A stretch of DNA of 64,000 bases, from positions 12,526-76,525 of the forward strand of contig JBMNRW010000001.1 of assembly GCA_050944875.1 (NCBI GenBank). Direction: 5' to 3'. The stretch comes from Patescibacteria group bacterium. Its GTDB lineage: Bacteria; Patescibacteriota; UBA1384; JACPKC01. The number at the start of each line of letters is the position of its first letter. Position 1 is the stretch's first letter. Below, one piece after another: positions 1 through 9,585 of this stretch. The translations under genes were made by a program, and so were the position numbers. A model generated the notes under the pieces. It worked only from the letters and a program-made list of their open reading frames with translations. It ran no database searches and was not told where the DNA came from.

Positions 1-2003
1 GCCGAATCGTTGTTTTCCTTGGCCTTATGGTCGAGGACTTGGACGTCGCGCGACCCGTCGCGGTACACCGTCCCACCCTTACAGTTCAGTGTGTGCATGA
101 GCTTGTACAAGTCACCGACCTGCTCACGGGTGTACTCGTTCGGCACGTTACACGTCTTCGAAATTGCGGAGTCGACCCAGCGCTGGATCGCCGCCTGGAC
201 GCGGATGTGCTCGTCGGGGCTCAAGTCCATCGCCGTGACGAAGTAGTCCGGCTTCTCGCGACCAGGATTGGCCGCCTGCCAGGCCTCGTATACTGCGACC
301 TTCTCCTCGTGGACGCCGAGTCGGCTCTTCCGCTGGTAGGTCCAGTAGTAGAACGGCTCAATGCCGGTTGAGGTGCCAACCATTGTTCCGATGGTGCCGT
401 TCGGCGCCTGCGTGAGCAGGGTGACGTTGCGGAGCCCCTTCTCGCGTACCCACTCGCGGACTTCCTTCGGCATGCCCTTCATGTACCCGCTCTTTAAGAG
501 CTTCGACGCGTTGAAGCGCGGGAAGACGCCCTTCTCCTCGGCGATGTCTGAGCTCATCCGGTACGTCTCGGTCGCGATGAACTCGTAGAGTTTATCGATG
601 AACTGGTTCCCCTCTTCGCTCCCGTACCGAATGCCGAGCTTCACCATCATCTCGGCGATGCCCATCGTGTTGAGGCCGACACGCCGCTCGCTGAACTGCT
701 GCTCTTCGTTCTCTTTGAAGAAGTACGGCGTCGCATCGATGACGTTGTCGAGGAATCGGACCGCGGTGTGGATCGTCTCCTTGAGCGACTCCCACTCGAC
801 GCCCTCGAGCGCTTCGGCCGGCGTGTGCGCGGCATTCGCGGTGTACGACGGCCGCACGAACTTTGCGAGGTTGATCGCCCCGAGGTTGCAGACTGCCCAG
901 CCTGGCAGCGGCTGCTCGCCGCACGGGTTCGTCGAGATGAGTGGCGCGTAGTAGTGGGAGTTCGAGAAGTAGTTCGAGCGGTCAACGAAGAAGAGGCCTG
1001 GTTCAGCGCTCGCCCACGCCGAGTCAATGATCTTGTCCCAGAGCGCGCGCGCCTTCACGGTCTTGTACGTCTTGACCGGCTTTCCCGCTGCTTGCCAGCC
1101 GGCGAGGTCGCCGTTCCACATCGTGTCGTAGTCCGGGTCCGTCCGGTCGGGGAAGACGAAGTCCCAGTCCGCGTCCTCGTCGACGGCTTTCATGAAGTCG
1201 TCGGTGACGCCGACCGAGATGTTTGCGTTCGTGATCTTGCCCATCTCGGTCTTCGAGCTAATAAACTCCTCGATGTCCGGGTGCCAGACGTTCAAGATAA
1301 GCATGAGCGCGCCGCGGCGGCTGCCACCCTGCTCGATGAGGCCGGTGACGAAGCTGTAGAGCGAGCCCCAGCTCACCGAGCCTGAGCTCCGGCCGTTCAC
1401 GCCCTTCACGTAGTCGTAACGTGGGCGGAGCGTCGAGAGGTTCATGCCGACGCCGCCGCCCCGGCTCATGATCTCGGCCATGCGGTTCAAGGTTTCGATG
1501 ATACCGCCACGCGAGTCGTCGGGCGAAGGGATGACGTAGCAGTTGTAGTACGTCAGCGCCTGGTCGGAGCCGGCGCCGGTCAGGATGCGACCGGCCGGGA
1601 CGAACTTCCAGTCCTCGAGCGCGGCGCGGAACTTCTTCTCCCACTTCGTCCGGAGCGCGGCGGTCTTCTCGACAGCGGCGATACCGCGGGCGACGCGCGA
1701 CTGCATCTCGGCCGGGTCAGTCTCGATCGGCTTGTCGACGTGTTCGATCGCGCGGGTCACTTCACTGCCGTCGACGCGGAGCTTCACGGTGACCTGCTTC
1801 GCCTCAATCTTTGTGACGACCCCGATCTCGCGCTGGCCGGTCTCGAGGTCGGTGTTGACGACGACGGTGTTGTCGACGGCGAGCGTCTCCTTCTTTCCGT
1901 CCTTCACTGCGTACCGGTCGAGAAAGATCTTATACCCGATCTCCGACAGTGCGTTCACGGTCGCGGTTTTCGGGTCGTAGGTTGTCGTGGCCGTGTTCGG
2001 CAT
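1..2003 (-). CDS. nrdJ: Class II (adenosylcobalamin-dependent) ribonucleotide reductase, partial; the ORF runs off the window start.
   Basis: It is absent from the ORF track because there is no stop in the window. Minus-strand translation from the ATG at 2001-2003 (RBS aaggagg) gives MPNTATTTYDPKTATV...NCYVIPSPDDSRGGIIETLNRMAEIMSRGGGVGMNLSTLRPR...NPCGEQPLPGWAVCNLGAINL. These are classic class II RNR active-site motifs. Confidence 0.85.
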   Translation of the reverse strand, partial: MPNTATTTYDPKTATVNALSEIGYKIFLDRYAVKDGKKETLAVDNTVVVNTDLETGQREIGVVTKIEAKQVTVKLRVDGSEVTRAIEHVDKPIETDPAEMQSRVARGIAAVEKTAALRTKWEKKFRAALEDWKFVPAGRILTGAGSDQALTYYNCYVIPSPDDSRGGIIETLNRMAEIMSRGGGVGMNLSTLRPRYDYVKGVNGRSSGSVSWGSLYSFVTGLIEQGGSRRGALMLILNVWHPDIEEFISSKTEMGKITNANISVGVTDDFMKAVDEDADWDFVFPDRTDPDYDTMWNGDLAGWQAAGKPVKTYKTVKARALWDKIIDSAWASAEPGLFFVDRSNYFSNSHYYAPLISTNPCGEQPLPGWAVCNLGAINLAKFVRPSYTANAAHTPAEALEGVEWESLKETIHTAVRFLDNVIDATPYFFKENEEQQFSERRVGLNTMGIAEMMVKLGIRYGSEEGNQFIDKLYEFIATETYRMSSDIAEEKGVFPRFNASKLLKSGYMKGMPKEVREWVREKGLRNVTLLTQAPNGTIGTMVGTSTGIEPFYYWTYQRKSRLGVHEEKVAVYEAWQAANPGREKPDYFVTAMDLSPDEHIRVQAAIQRWVDSAISKTCNVPNEYTREQVGDLYKLMHTLNCKGGTVYRDGSRDVQVLDHKAKENNDS

Positions 2004-2062
2004 ACAGCCTCCTTAAGTGGGTGGTGTGTTTCCGGATGCGTAGGTAGCGGACTAGCTTCCGG

Positions 2063-2548
2063 TCATCCAGCCCCGCCTGCCCCGGTTTCGGTCGGTACCT
2101 CTTCCTCGCTCAGGATCTTCCCGAGCTCCGTCTCGAACGCCTCGAGATCCTCGAACGAGCGGTAGACGGAGGCGAAGCGGAGGTACGCGACGGGGTCGAG
2201 GGTCCGGAGGTGCGTGCAGACGTGCTGGCCGATTGTCGCGCTCGAGACTTCCTGCTTGTGTGTCGCGTGGAGCTCGCGTTCGATCGCGTCGGCAATCCGC
2301 TCGGCGTTCGCCATGACCGCCGGCCGCTTCTCTCCGGCCTGCTGGATGCCGTGCAGGAGCTTCTCGCGTGAGAACGGTTCGGTCCGGTTATCGCGCTTCC
2401 GGACAGCCAAGCTAGCGGCTTCGATCCGTTCAAACGTCGTGAAGCGGACCTGGCAGGTCAGGCATTCGCGACGGCGACGAACGGCTTGCGCGTCATCCCG
2501 CGAGTCGATGACCTTGGTTTCGCCGGTTTTACACTCAGGACAAACCAC
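2063..2548 (-). CDS. nrdR: Transcriptional repressor NrdR (zinc ribbon plus ATP-cone).
   Basis: MVCPECKTGETKVIDSRDD...CLTCQVRFTTFERIE is the canonical NrdR N-terminal zinc ribbon. The gene lies immediately upstream of nrdJ on the same strand. Confidence 0.9.
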   Translation of the reverse strand: MVCPECKTGETKVIDSRDDAQAVRRRRECLTCQVRFTTFERIEAASLAVRKRDNRTEPFSREKLLHGIQQAGEKRPAVMANAERIADAIERELHATHKQEVSSATIGQHVCTHLRTLDPVAYLRFASVYRSFEDLEAFETELGKILSEEEVPTETGAGGAG

Positions 2549-2589
2549 GCGTCCCTCCTACGCTTATGTCGTGTCAGAGTGGCGGAAAA

Positions 2590-2636
2590 ACACAACATAT
2601 TGTGGTAGCTCACTCAAACTAACCACCACATGTTGT
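2590..2636 (-). promoter_or_regulatory. Tandem NrdR boxes upstream of the nrdR-nrdJ operon.
   Basis: There are two palindromes: aCACAACATATTGTGg at 2590-2605 and aCCACATGTTGTGGt at 2622-2636. Their centres are about 31 bp apart and they sit in the intergenic region 5' of nrdR. This matches the known NrdR box architecture, two 16-bp palindromes spaced about three helical turns. Confidence 0.7.
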
Positions 2637-2663
2637 GGTCACAAGTCGTCCCGCTGTGGACAA

Positions 2664-3077
2664 TCAGCGGTTCTCGGGGACGTGGAGCGTGATGTGTGCG
2701 AACGGCTCGTTGGCGGACGCGTGCGCAGTCTCGTCACCGTACTCGTCGCGTTCGTCGTATGTGCGGAGTTCGACGGCGATTTCTTGCGGTCGTCGGATAG
2801 TCGCTGCGCGGTCGATGAGTGCTTGCGTTTCCTGCTTTGTCGCATGGAGGAGGTCGGTGATCTCTGCCGGTCCGATGTCGTACGGTTCGTTGTTGCTCAC
2901 GGTGATTCGCGCGATGAACGCCTCGTCGTCCGGTGTCCGTGGCGATTTAACGATGCTCGTAAAGATGTCGTCGAGACTCTGTTCGAGCTCGCTCAGTGAT
3001 CGTACGGTAAACCCAAGGTGAAGCGGCGGTTGCTGCTCCGCTAGGTATCGTTCGGCTCCTTCGAAATTAAAGCGCAT
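2664..3077 (-). CDS. Hypothetical protein.
   Basis: Intact 137-aa ORF with no recognisable motifs. Confidence 0.5.
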   Translation of the reverse strand: MRFNFEGAERYLAEQQPPLHLGFTVRSLSELEQSLDDIFTSIVKSPRTPDDEAFIARITVSNNEPYDIGPAEITDLLHATKQETQALIDRAATIRRPQEIAVELRTYDERDEYGDETAHASANEPFAHITLHVPENR

Positions 3078-3085
3078 GGATCCTC

Positions 3086-3463
3086 CTACTCTCTGAGCGG
3101 CCGGTAGAGCCGGACGCGACCGAGCTCCTCGCCACCTTTTGCGGTACGGCCGATGAGCCAGAACTCATACCAGTGGGCATCGTCTCGCTGGTACGCGACG
3201 TCGAACGCGTCGATCTGGCGTTCGAGCCACAGGATCGCTTCGTCGCTTGCGAGGAAGTCGCTCGGCGGATCATCGATGCCGGTGCCGTTCACGTCCAGGT
3301 CGGTGTGGCGGGTCGGCAGGAGTTCGCCGTACGCAAGGAGCGCAGCGCTGCCACCGAAGTGGTTGAGCGCTTGGCGGTACGCCGCCCAGACGTCGCGGTC
3401 GTGAATGGGGAGCTCAACGAGCGTTTGGGCGGTCGGCGCTTTGTCGCTGTAGACACCAGACAT
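3086..3463 (-). CDS. Hypothetical protein.
   Basis: Intact 125-aa ORF with no recognisable motifs. Confidence 0.5.
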   Translation of the reverse strand: MSGVYSDKAPTAQTLVELPIHDRDVWAAYRQALNHFGGSAALLAYGELLPTRHTDLDVNGTGIDDPPSDFLASDEAILWLERQIDAFDVAYQRDDAHWYEFWLIGRTAKGGEELGRVRLYRPLRE

Positions 3464-3512
3464 ACGTAGAGCCTACCACGAAAGAACGCGACCGTGGCCG
3501 CGTTCTTGGGGG

Positions 3513-4739
3513 TTACTTCAGCTTTCTTCGGATGAAGGCTGGCACCTTCTCGATTTCGTCGTCGTCTTCCACCTCGGGGACTGGCGGCTCTTGGTACTGC
3601 TGCTGCGGCACCTGTTCTTCCGGTTGGTACTGCGGGTGGTACGTCGGCTGCTGCGGCTGCGGCGCGTGCTGTGGCGTTCGCTGCGGGTAGCCCCAGCCAC
3701 GGCCTGTGAGGGCACCAAGGCGCGGGGTGGCCGGCTGGCTCATCGGCTGCGTCTGCTGGGCGGCCTGCTGTTTCTCGCCGCGTGGTAGGCGTTCGTCGAA
3801 ACCGGTCGCGATCACGGTAATCTTCACCTCGCCTGCCATTGCCTCGTCGATGATCGAGCCGAAGATGATGTTCGCGTCTGGATCAGCGGCTTCGGTAATC
3901 GTCTTCGCCGCTTCGTCGATCTCGTACATGCCGAGGTCAGGGCCACCAGTAATGTTGAAGAGAATACCGCGGGCGCCTTCGATCGAGAGCTCGAGGAGCG
4001 GTGAGTCGATGGCGGCGCGGGCGGCTTCGACGGCGCGGTTGTCGCCCGTGCCGTAGCCAATGCCCATGAGCGCGCTGCCGGCGTCCTGCATGATCGTGCG
4101 GACGTCTGCGAAGTCGACGTTGATGATCCCGTGCAAGGTAATGAGGTCCGAGATGCCCTGGACACCCTGGCGTAATACGTCGTCGACGATGCCGAACGCG
4201 TCCATGAGCGAGGTTTTCTTGTCGACAATCTGGAGCAAACGGTCGTTCGGGATGACGATCAAGGTGTCGACCTTGTCCTTCAGCTCCTGGATGCCGAGTT
4301 CGGCAACCTTACGCCGGCGGGCACCTTCGAAGGTGAATGGCTTCGTGATGACGCCGACGGTGAGCGCGCCGAGTTCCTTTGCGATCTGCGCGACCAGCGG
4401 TGCGGCACCTGTGCCGGTGCCACCGCCCATGCCGCAGGTGACGAAGACCATGTCAGCCCCTTTGAGGACCTCGTAGATCTCGTCCTTGTTCTCCTCGGCG
4501 GATTTCCGGCCAACTTCAACATCGGCTCCGGCGCCTAAGCCGCCGGTCGTCTCTTTGCCGATCTGCACCTTGATCGGCGCCTTGCTATCTAAGAGGGCCT
4601 GCGAGTCCGTATTGACCGCGATGAACTCGATGCCTTTGACCTTCGCGTCAATCATGCGATTGACGGCGTTCCCTCCACCACCTCCGCACCCCGCGACCTT
4701 GATGATGGCGAACGACTCGATTTCGCTGCGCTGGCTCAT
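3513..4739 (-). CDS. ftsZ: Cell division protein FtsZ.
   Basis: Tubulin signature GGGTGTG, a Q/P-rich linker and a conserved C-terminal peptide [17 protein letters not shown]. Confidence 0.95.
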   Translation of the reverse strand: MSQRSEIESFAIIKVAGCGGGGGNAVNRMIDAKVKGIEFIAVNTDSQALLDSKAPIKVQIGKETTGGLGAGADVEVGRKSAEENKDEIYEVLKGADMVFVTCGMGGGTGTGAAPLVAQIAKELGALTVGVITKPFTFEGARRRKVAELGIQELKDKVDTLIVIPNDRLLQIVDKKTSLMDAFGIVDDVLRQGVQGISDLITLHGIINVDFADVRTIMQDAGSALMGIGYGTGDNRAVEAARAAIDSPLLELSIEGARGILFNITGGPDLGMYEIDEAAKTITEAADPDANIIFGSIIDEAMAGEVKITVIATGFDERLPRGEKQQAAQQTQPMSQPATPRLGALTGRGWGYPQRTPQHAPQPQQPTYHPQYQPEEQVPQQQYQEPPVPEVEDDDEIEKVPAFIRRKLK

Positions 4740-4760
4740 ATCGAGTGCTCTCCTTGCACT

Positions 4761-6002
4761 TTATGGAAGTAGTTGTTTGAAGAAATCGCGGGCCTTCCCG
4801 ACAACCCCCTCCATATTGTCCAAGGAAAACGGTTTTTGGCCTGGTTCGCGATGCGGTCGACCGCTCAGCCCCCAGAGCGCTAAACCCACGCAGGTAGCGT
4901 AGGCAGGGTCATCCAGCTTGTCAACGCTTCCCATAAACTCGGTATGTGGACGACCGAGCTTCGCCGGCAAGTGCAGGTTCTGCTTCGCGAGCTCGACGAG
5001 GCCGTCCAGGCGTGAGCCGCCGCCCGTGAAGACGACGCCGGCCGGCAACGTTCCGTCCTTGCCGATCTTCCGGAACTCGTCGTTCACGATCATGAAGAGC
5101 TCGGCGAGTCGCGCCTCGATGATCTCGGCGATGTACTTCCGCTTCGGGCGTTCGAGCTCGGTGGGGTCGATGACCGTGAGGTCGATCGTGTCGATATCAC
5201 GGATGTCACCGACGAGTGCGGTGCCGTACCGTACCTTGATCGCCTCAGCCAGGTCGATCGAGGTCTTTAGTCCGATCGCGATGTCGTTCGTGATGTGCAT
5301 GCTCCCGACCGGGAGGACCGCTGCGTGGATGAGGTCGTTCTCCTCGTACACGGCGAGCTCGGTCGTGCCGGCGCCGATGTCGATGAGCGCGACGCCGCTC
5401 TCCTTCTGTCGCTTCGTCAGGATGAGCTCTGCTGTCGCGAGGGGCGAGAAGATCATCTCGTCGATCGCGAGGCCAGCTTGGCCGACGGCCCGCACGAGGT
5501 TCTTCGCTGCCGGTGATGGGCAGCTCACGACGTGTGCGTCGACCTCGAGCCGGATGCCGGTCATGCCCACCGGGTCGACGATGTTCGCTTCCGCGTCGAC
5601 CGTGAACCCCTTCGGGAGGATGTGGATGATCTCCCGGTTTGCTGGCATGGCGATTGCCCGCGCAGCTTCGAGGACGCGATCGACATCCTGCTGGGTAATC
5701 TCGCCGTCAGGGCGTGACACCGCAATGACGCCCTTCGACTGCGTCGTCTCGACCTGGCTGCCAGACAGGCCGACAATCGCGCTCTGGAGCGGGGTCTGTG
5801 CCTGGCGCTCGGCGTCCTCAAGGACAGCAGAGATCGCCGAGACGGTTTCCTCGACGTCAACGACCTGCCCGCGCCGGAGACCGCTGTTCGGCACCTTGGT
5901 CATTGCGAGAATTTCGACGCCGCCCTCGGCGAAGTGGCCGACCGTTGCCGCGATCTTTGTGGTGCCGATGTCGAGGCCAAGGACTACGTTTCGTTGCGCC
6001 AT
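4761..6002 (-). CDS. ftsA: Cell division protein FtsA.
   Basis: Actin-like ATPase motifs VVLGLDIGTTKI and DIGAGTTELAVY. The start is placed at MAQRN (ATG 6000-6002) with a ggagga RBS; the longer ORF to 6149 is an upstream extension. Confidence 0.9.
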   Translation of the reverse strand: MAQRNVVLGLDIGTTKIAATVGHFAEGGVEILAMTKVPNSGLRRGQVVDVEETVSAISAVLEDAERQAQTPLQSAIVGLSGSQVETTQSKGVIAVSRPDGEITQQDVDRVLEAARAIAMPANREIIHILPKGFTVDAEANIVDPVGMTGIRLEVDAHVVSCPSPAAKNLVRAVGQAGLAIDEMIFSPLATAELILTKRQKESGVALIDIGAGTTELAVYEENDLIHAAVLPVGSMHITNDIAIGLKTSIDLAEAIKVRYGTALVGDIRDIDTIDLTVIDPTELERPKRKYIAEIIEARLAELFMIVNDEFRKIGKDGTLPAGVVFTGGGSRLDGLVELAKQNLHLPAKLGRPHTEFMGSVDKLDDPAYATCVGLALWGLSGRPHREPGQKPFSLDNMEGVVGKARDFFKQLLP

Positions 6003-6190
6003 GGACTTCACTCCTCCTGCGCGGCTGACCGCATGTCGGTGGGCGTCTATCGGGGTCAGTATAGCCGTGGGCCTTCCCAGGAGGCAAGCGATTCGGTCGA
6101 CTGCGGCTCGACGTGTGGAAAACAGACTACTTGCCCAACGGGGGTGCACGGTATACTGACGACAGTACCAGGAAGCATGGGAGGTGCATT

Positions 6191-6418
6191 ATGGACGATG
6201 CACTCGATCAGACGCCGGTTGAAGGCGAAGAGGAAGACGTCCAGGGCGACGATCTCGGTGGCGCTGTCGCCGATGACCAGGACCTTGCGGACGGCAATGA
6301 CGCCGTAGCGAACGGCATGGGCGCTGGCAGCGACGATGTCGCGGGTGATGTCAATGATGACGCTATGGGCGACGACCTCGCCGCTGGCGACGAGGAAGAG
6401 GAAGACGAGCAGCTCTAA
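6191..6418 (+). CDS. Small highly acidic protein (75 aa, D/E-rich).
   Basis: A gggaggtg RBS lies 6 nt upstream of an ATG. The product MDDALDQTPVEGEEEDVQGDDLGG...DEEEEDEQL is about 40% D/E. Confidence 0.5.
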   Translation: MDDALDQTPVEGEEEDVQGDDLGGAVADDQDLADGNDAVANGMGAGSDDVAGDVNDDAMGDDLAAGDEEEEDEQL

Positions 6419-6549
6419 GGAGCAGTCTCGTAACGAAGAGCGGGTGGTTCGCCACCCGCTCTTCGTTTGTGCCAGGCAAACCATAGAACCCTGAAACGGA
6501 AGAAGGTCCCGTCGGACCCTCTCCCCCTTCTGTACGGATCAGCTCCGGG

Positions 6550-7164
6550 TTACAGGCCGTTCAGGTCGATCCGTACTGTGCCGTCAATAATGTCGCCGAC
6601 ATCCTGCTCTTCGCCGCGGATGTCGTTGTTCCCTGCGTTGATGTCGCGTCGGATGCGGGTGCGCTGTCGGGACGACTGCTCCGTGTCGACGCTGGTTTCG
6701 TGGTCAATTTCAACTACGGACTCATTGCGCGAGCCGTCGAGCGATCCGCGGTTCGTCACGTCGACAGAGATAGCTGTGGCGGCTGGCGGCGTTGCGACGG
6801 TGTCGCCGTTCACGACAATGGTGCTCGTCGGTTCGCCAGCTGCGCCGGGTTGCTCAACGGAAATGCTCACCGAGATTTGCTCTGTGGAACGTTCTACCTT
6901 CGTGCCGTCGGGTTGCTGCGTTGCTTCGCTCTCGGATTCCGCAGAGCTCTTGTCCGTCACGGACGGCGCGACGCTGTCGTTCCTAGTTTCGATGCTTTCA
7001 CCGGTTTCGGTTACGACTAAAGTCCCAGAGCTTTCGAGCTCCTGGGTGAGGGTGAGATCTGCGACCGCAGCTCGTCCGCCGAGTACCGCGCTCGCGACGA
7101 GCAGTGCGCCGCCGCCGAGGTACCCGATTCGTTTGAGTGCGATGGCAGGCTTCGTCTGTTCCAT
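6550..7164 (-). CDS. Secreted/membrane-anchored hypothetical protein.
   Basis: N-terminal hydrophobic segment and an aggagg RBS. The C-terminus NAGNNDIRGEEQDVGDIIDGTVRIDLNGL resembles the repeat motif of the 44-48 kb proteins. Confidence 0.6.
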   Translation of the reverse strand: MEQTKPAIALKRIGYLGGGALLVASAVLGGRAAVADLTLTQELESSGTLVVTETGESIETRNDSVAPSVTDKSSAESESEATQQPDGTKVERSTEQISVSISVEQPGAAGEPTSTIVVNGDTVATPPAATAISVDVTNRGSLDGSRNESVVEIDHETSVDTEQSSRQRTRIRRDINAGNNDIRGEEQDVGDIIDGTVRIDLNGL

Positions 7165-7279
7165 ACCTGCCTCCTTACGTTACTTCCATTGACTCGCCAA
7201 AGCGAAGCGTTGTCAAGGTGAGGTGTGGACAGATCGATTCAGATGGAATGTCGGACTGAGTAGAGAATGTCGACTTCGA

Positions 7280-7988
7280 TTAAGGTTCTATCGGACGGAT
7301 AAGCGCAGCGTACTGTCCTGCTACGTAGTGACTATTCACAAATATCGGACAGATTGTCCCCGAGTAACCGAGTGCTAGTGCATCTTGTGACGGAATAGGT
7401 ATAAACGGTTTCCAGTTGCTAAGTTGGTGTTGTTCGTAGTCGTCTTGGCTTACTCGACCCACAAAAGCAAAACGTTCAGCCGTTTGATGGTTGTGGTGAA
7501 GGTTATCAGCAGCGAGTGCTGTAATTTTCTCTACCCATTCTCCAACGCTGTCTAAAGCACTGCCGTTGCTAATTTCTATTGATAGGCAATTTGTGAGTGC
7601 TTGGTTAATGCAGGCATAGTCTGCGACAATGACTCGAGTAAGCTGTAGCCGTGCTGAGACTCGGATGAGTGTTTCATCACTTCGCAGAGCGATAAACGAG
7701 CAGTCGTTATCGGGGCAGTGGGTATTGTGAAAATCAAGGACGATATCAAAGTTTTTGCCAATCTCTTTGAGTTCATGCGCTCTTCGTTGTTCATAGGTCC
7801 CAGATGGGTTTCCCCGGGAAGATTCGATTTACGTCTTCTTCGATGTAGCGAACGTTGCTCTGTACGGCTCTTGGGTTGCCAAGAAGGGCGGTTACTCCAG
7901 GGCAGGGGTGATTGATGAGGTGTTGGACGAGCTTAATACCAAGTGGTTCGTTGCTGTGTAGGCCACCGACAACGAGAATGCGTTTCAT
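7280..7988 (-). pseudogene. Degraded succinylglutamate desuccinylase/aspartoacylase-family (AstE/AspA) gene in a low-GC island.
   Basis: The N-terminal fragment MKRILVVGGLHSNEPLGIKL...GNPRA...DVNRIFPG matches the AstE_AspA zinc-peptidase family. The remainder is split over three reading frames (7791-7988, 7576-7794, 7280-7462). Local GC is about 45% against about 62% for the window. Confidence 0.5.
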
Positions 7989-8401
7989 CGCCAGCTCCCC
8001 TCGTCGTCGTGGTCGTGGCCGAGGAGGTGGCGTAGGCCATGTCGGGCGAGACCAACGAGCTCGTCCTCGAGCGTGTCGCCGAAGCGGCCGACTTGGCGTG
8101 TGGCTTGGTCGAGCGAAATGACGATGACGCCGAGCTCGCGCGGTACGCCGGGGAGTTCTGGGAAGACCGCGCCACGGTCGGTGTCGAACGTGGTTGGCAG
8201 CGACAGGACGTCCGTGGTCTTGTCGACGCCCCGATGCTCGCGGTTCAGTCGCTGCATCTCGCTGTCATCAGTGATGAGGAGCTCGATGGCGACGTGCCGG
8301 ATGCTGGGCTCATGAGTTGAGAGTTCGGCTTCCAGGGCATGACGCAACACGTCGCCCGAAACGGGCGACGGTTGCTGTTCGATCAGACGGATAGTCAGCA
8401 T
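7985..8401 (-). CDS. ybeY: rRNA maturation endoribonuclease YbeY.
   Basis: DVLSLP...GVIVISLDQA...HGLRHLLGHDHDDE, with the H-x-x-x-H-x-x-x-x-x-H zinc motif. Confidence 0.85.
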   Translation of the reverse strand: MLTIRLIEQQPSPVSGDVLRHALEAELSTHEPSIRHVAIELLITDDSEMQRLNREHRGVDKTTDVLSLPTTFDTDRGAVFPELPGVPRELGVIVISLDQATRQVGRFGDTLEDELVGLARHGLRHLLGHDHDDEGSWR

Positions 8402-8406
8402 GTGCG

Positions 8407-8853
8407 CTACGCGCCGAGTGCGCGTCGGACCGCTGCTGAGACGCGGGTGCCGTCGGCGCGGCCGCCGAGCGTCGGCATGAGCGCGCCCATGACCTTCCCC
8501 ATGTCAGCCAGGCCGGTCGCTCCGCTCTTCGCCACGGCGTCGCGGACGAGTTGGTCGAGCTCATCGTCGGCGAGCTGTGCGGGGAGGTAGCGTTCGAGCA
8601 CGGCGATCTCCGCCTGCTCTTTGTCGGCGAGCTCAGCCCGGCCGGCGTCGCGGTACTGCGTTTCCGCCTCGCGGCGCTGCTTTACCTCTCGCTGGAGTAC
8701 GGTAATGACGTCGTCGTCACTGAGGTCGCGGCCGATCTCGATCCGCTTGTTCGTGAGGGCGGTTCGCGCCATGCGGAGGGTCGAGAGCTCGATCGCGTCC
8801 CCGCTCTTCATGGCGGCCTTCATGTCGTCGGTCAATCGGTCGATAAGCGTCAT
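8407..8853 (-). CDS. yqeY: GatB/YqeY domain protein.
   Basis: MTLIDRLTDDMKAAMKSGD... is typical of the YqeY family. The start is placed at the internal Met, which has an aggggagg RBS. Confidence 0.75.
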   Translation of the reverse strand: MTLIDRLTDDMKAAMKSGDAIELSTLRMARTALTNKRIEIGRDLSDDDVITVLQREVKQRREAETQYRDAGRAELADKEQAEIAVLERYLPAQLADDELDQLVRDAVAKSGATGLADMGKVMGALMPTLGGRADGTRVSAAVRRALGA

Positions 8854-8884
8854 GGACGCCTCCCCTATTCCCTGCCTGCGTTCG

Positions 8885-9133
8885 TTAGTACCCGCGTCGG
8901 GCACGCTTCCGCGCTGCTTTGCGGATAGCGGCCTTGCGGCGAATGGTCCGTGAAACGTCCTTGTCTCGGAAGCGGCGCTTCTTCACCTCGGAGAGGATGC
9001 GGCTCTGCTGCACCTCGCGGAAGAAGCGGCGGAGCACTACCTCAAAACCCGCTCGGCGATTGCCGGAGCGGTCTCCTCGGTAGTCCCCACGTTGTGCGCG
9101 TGCGTCTTGGAACTCTGCCATCTCGATCATCAC
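8885..9133 (-). CDS. rpsU: 30S ribosomal protein S21.
   Basis: FEVVLRRFFREVQQSRILSEVKKRRF...KAARKRARRG is a basic, S21-like sequence with an aggcgaggtg RBS. Confidence 0.75.
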   Translation of the reverse strand: MMIEMAEFQDARAQRGDYRGDRSGNRRAGFEVVLRRFFREVQQSRILSEVKKRRFRDKDVSRTIRRKAAIRKAARKRARRGY

Positions 9134-9170
9134 CTCGCCTTCCGAGTGGCGTCAGGAATTTGTAGTGGCA

Positions 9171-9512
9171 CTATACCATGCCGCCCAGGCGCTGTCCACC
9201 GAGCAAATGGAGGTGGAGGTGGCTAACTTCCTGCCCGCCGTCCGCCCGGGTATTAAAGATGAGCCGGTACCCGTTCTCGGCGATGCCGAGCGACTCTGCG
9301 AGTGTCTTCGCGACGAGGTGGAGGTGGCCGACGAGCTGAGTGTCGCCCTCCCCCATTTCCGCGATGCTCGCAAGGTGGGTCTTCGGCACAATGAGGACAT
9401 GGGCCGGTGCTTTGGGGTGGATGTCGTCGAACGCGACACACTGGTCGTCCTCGTGGCGGAACGCCGTGTTCAGTTCGCCGCGGCTAATCTTGCAGAAGAG
9501 ACAGTCATCCAT
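9171..9512 (-). CDS. HIT-family (histidine triad) nucleotide hydrolase.
   Basis: HVLIVPK...HLHLHLLGG carries the HxHxHxx triad. Confidence 0.85.
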   Translation of the reverse strand: MDDCLFCKISRGELNTAFRHEDDQCVAFDDIHPKAPAHVLIVPKTHLASIAEMGEGDTQLVGHLHLVAKTLAESLGIAENGYRLIFNTRADGGQEVSHLHLHLLGGQRLGGMV

Positions 9513-9560
9513 AGCGTGCTCCTTTTAGCTCGAGCCTACTCCCCTTTCGGGTAAAGGAAA

Positions 9561-9579
9561 ACCGGCCATGGTGGCCGGT
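9561..9579 (-). terminator. Intrinsic terminator hairpin.
   Basis: Perfect palindrome accggcca-tgg-tggccggt, followed on the minus strand by ttttccttt. Confidence 0.55.
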
Positions 9580-9585
9580 CCGGTC

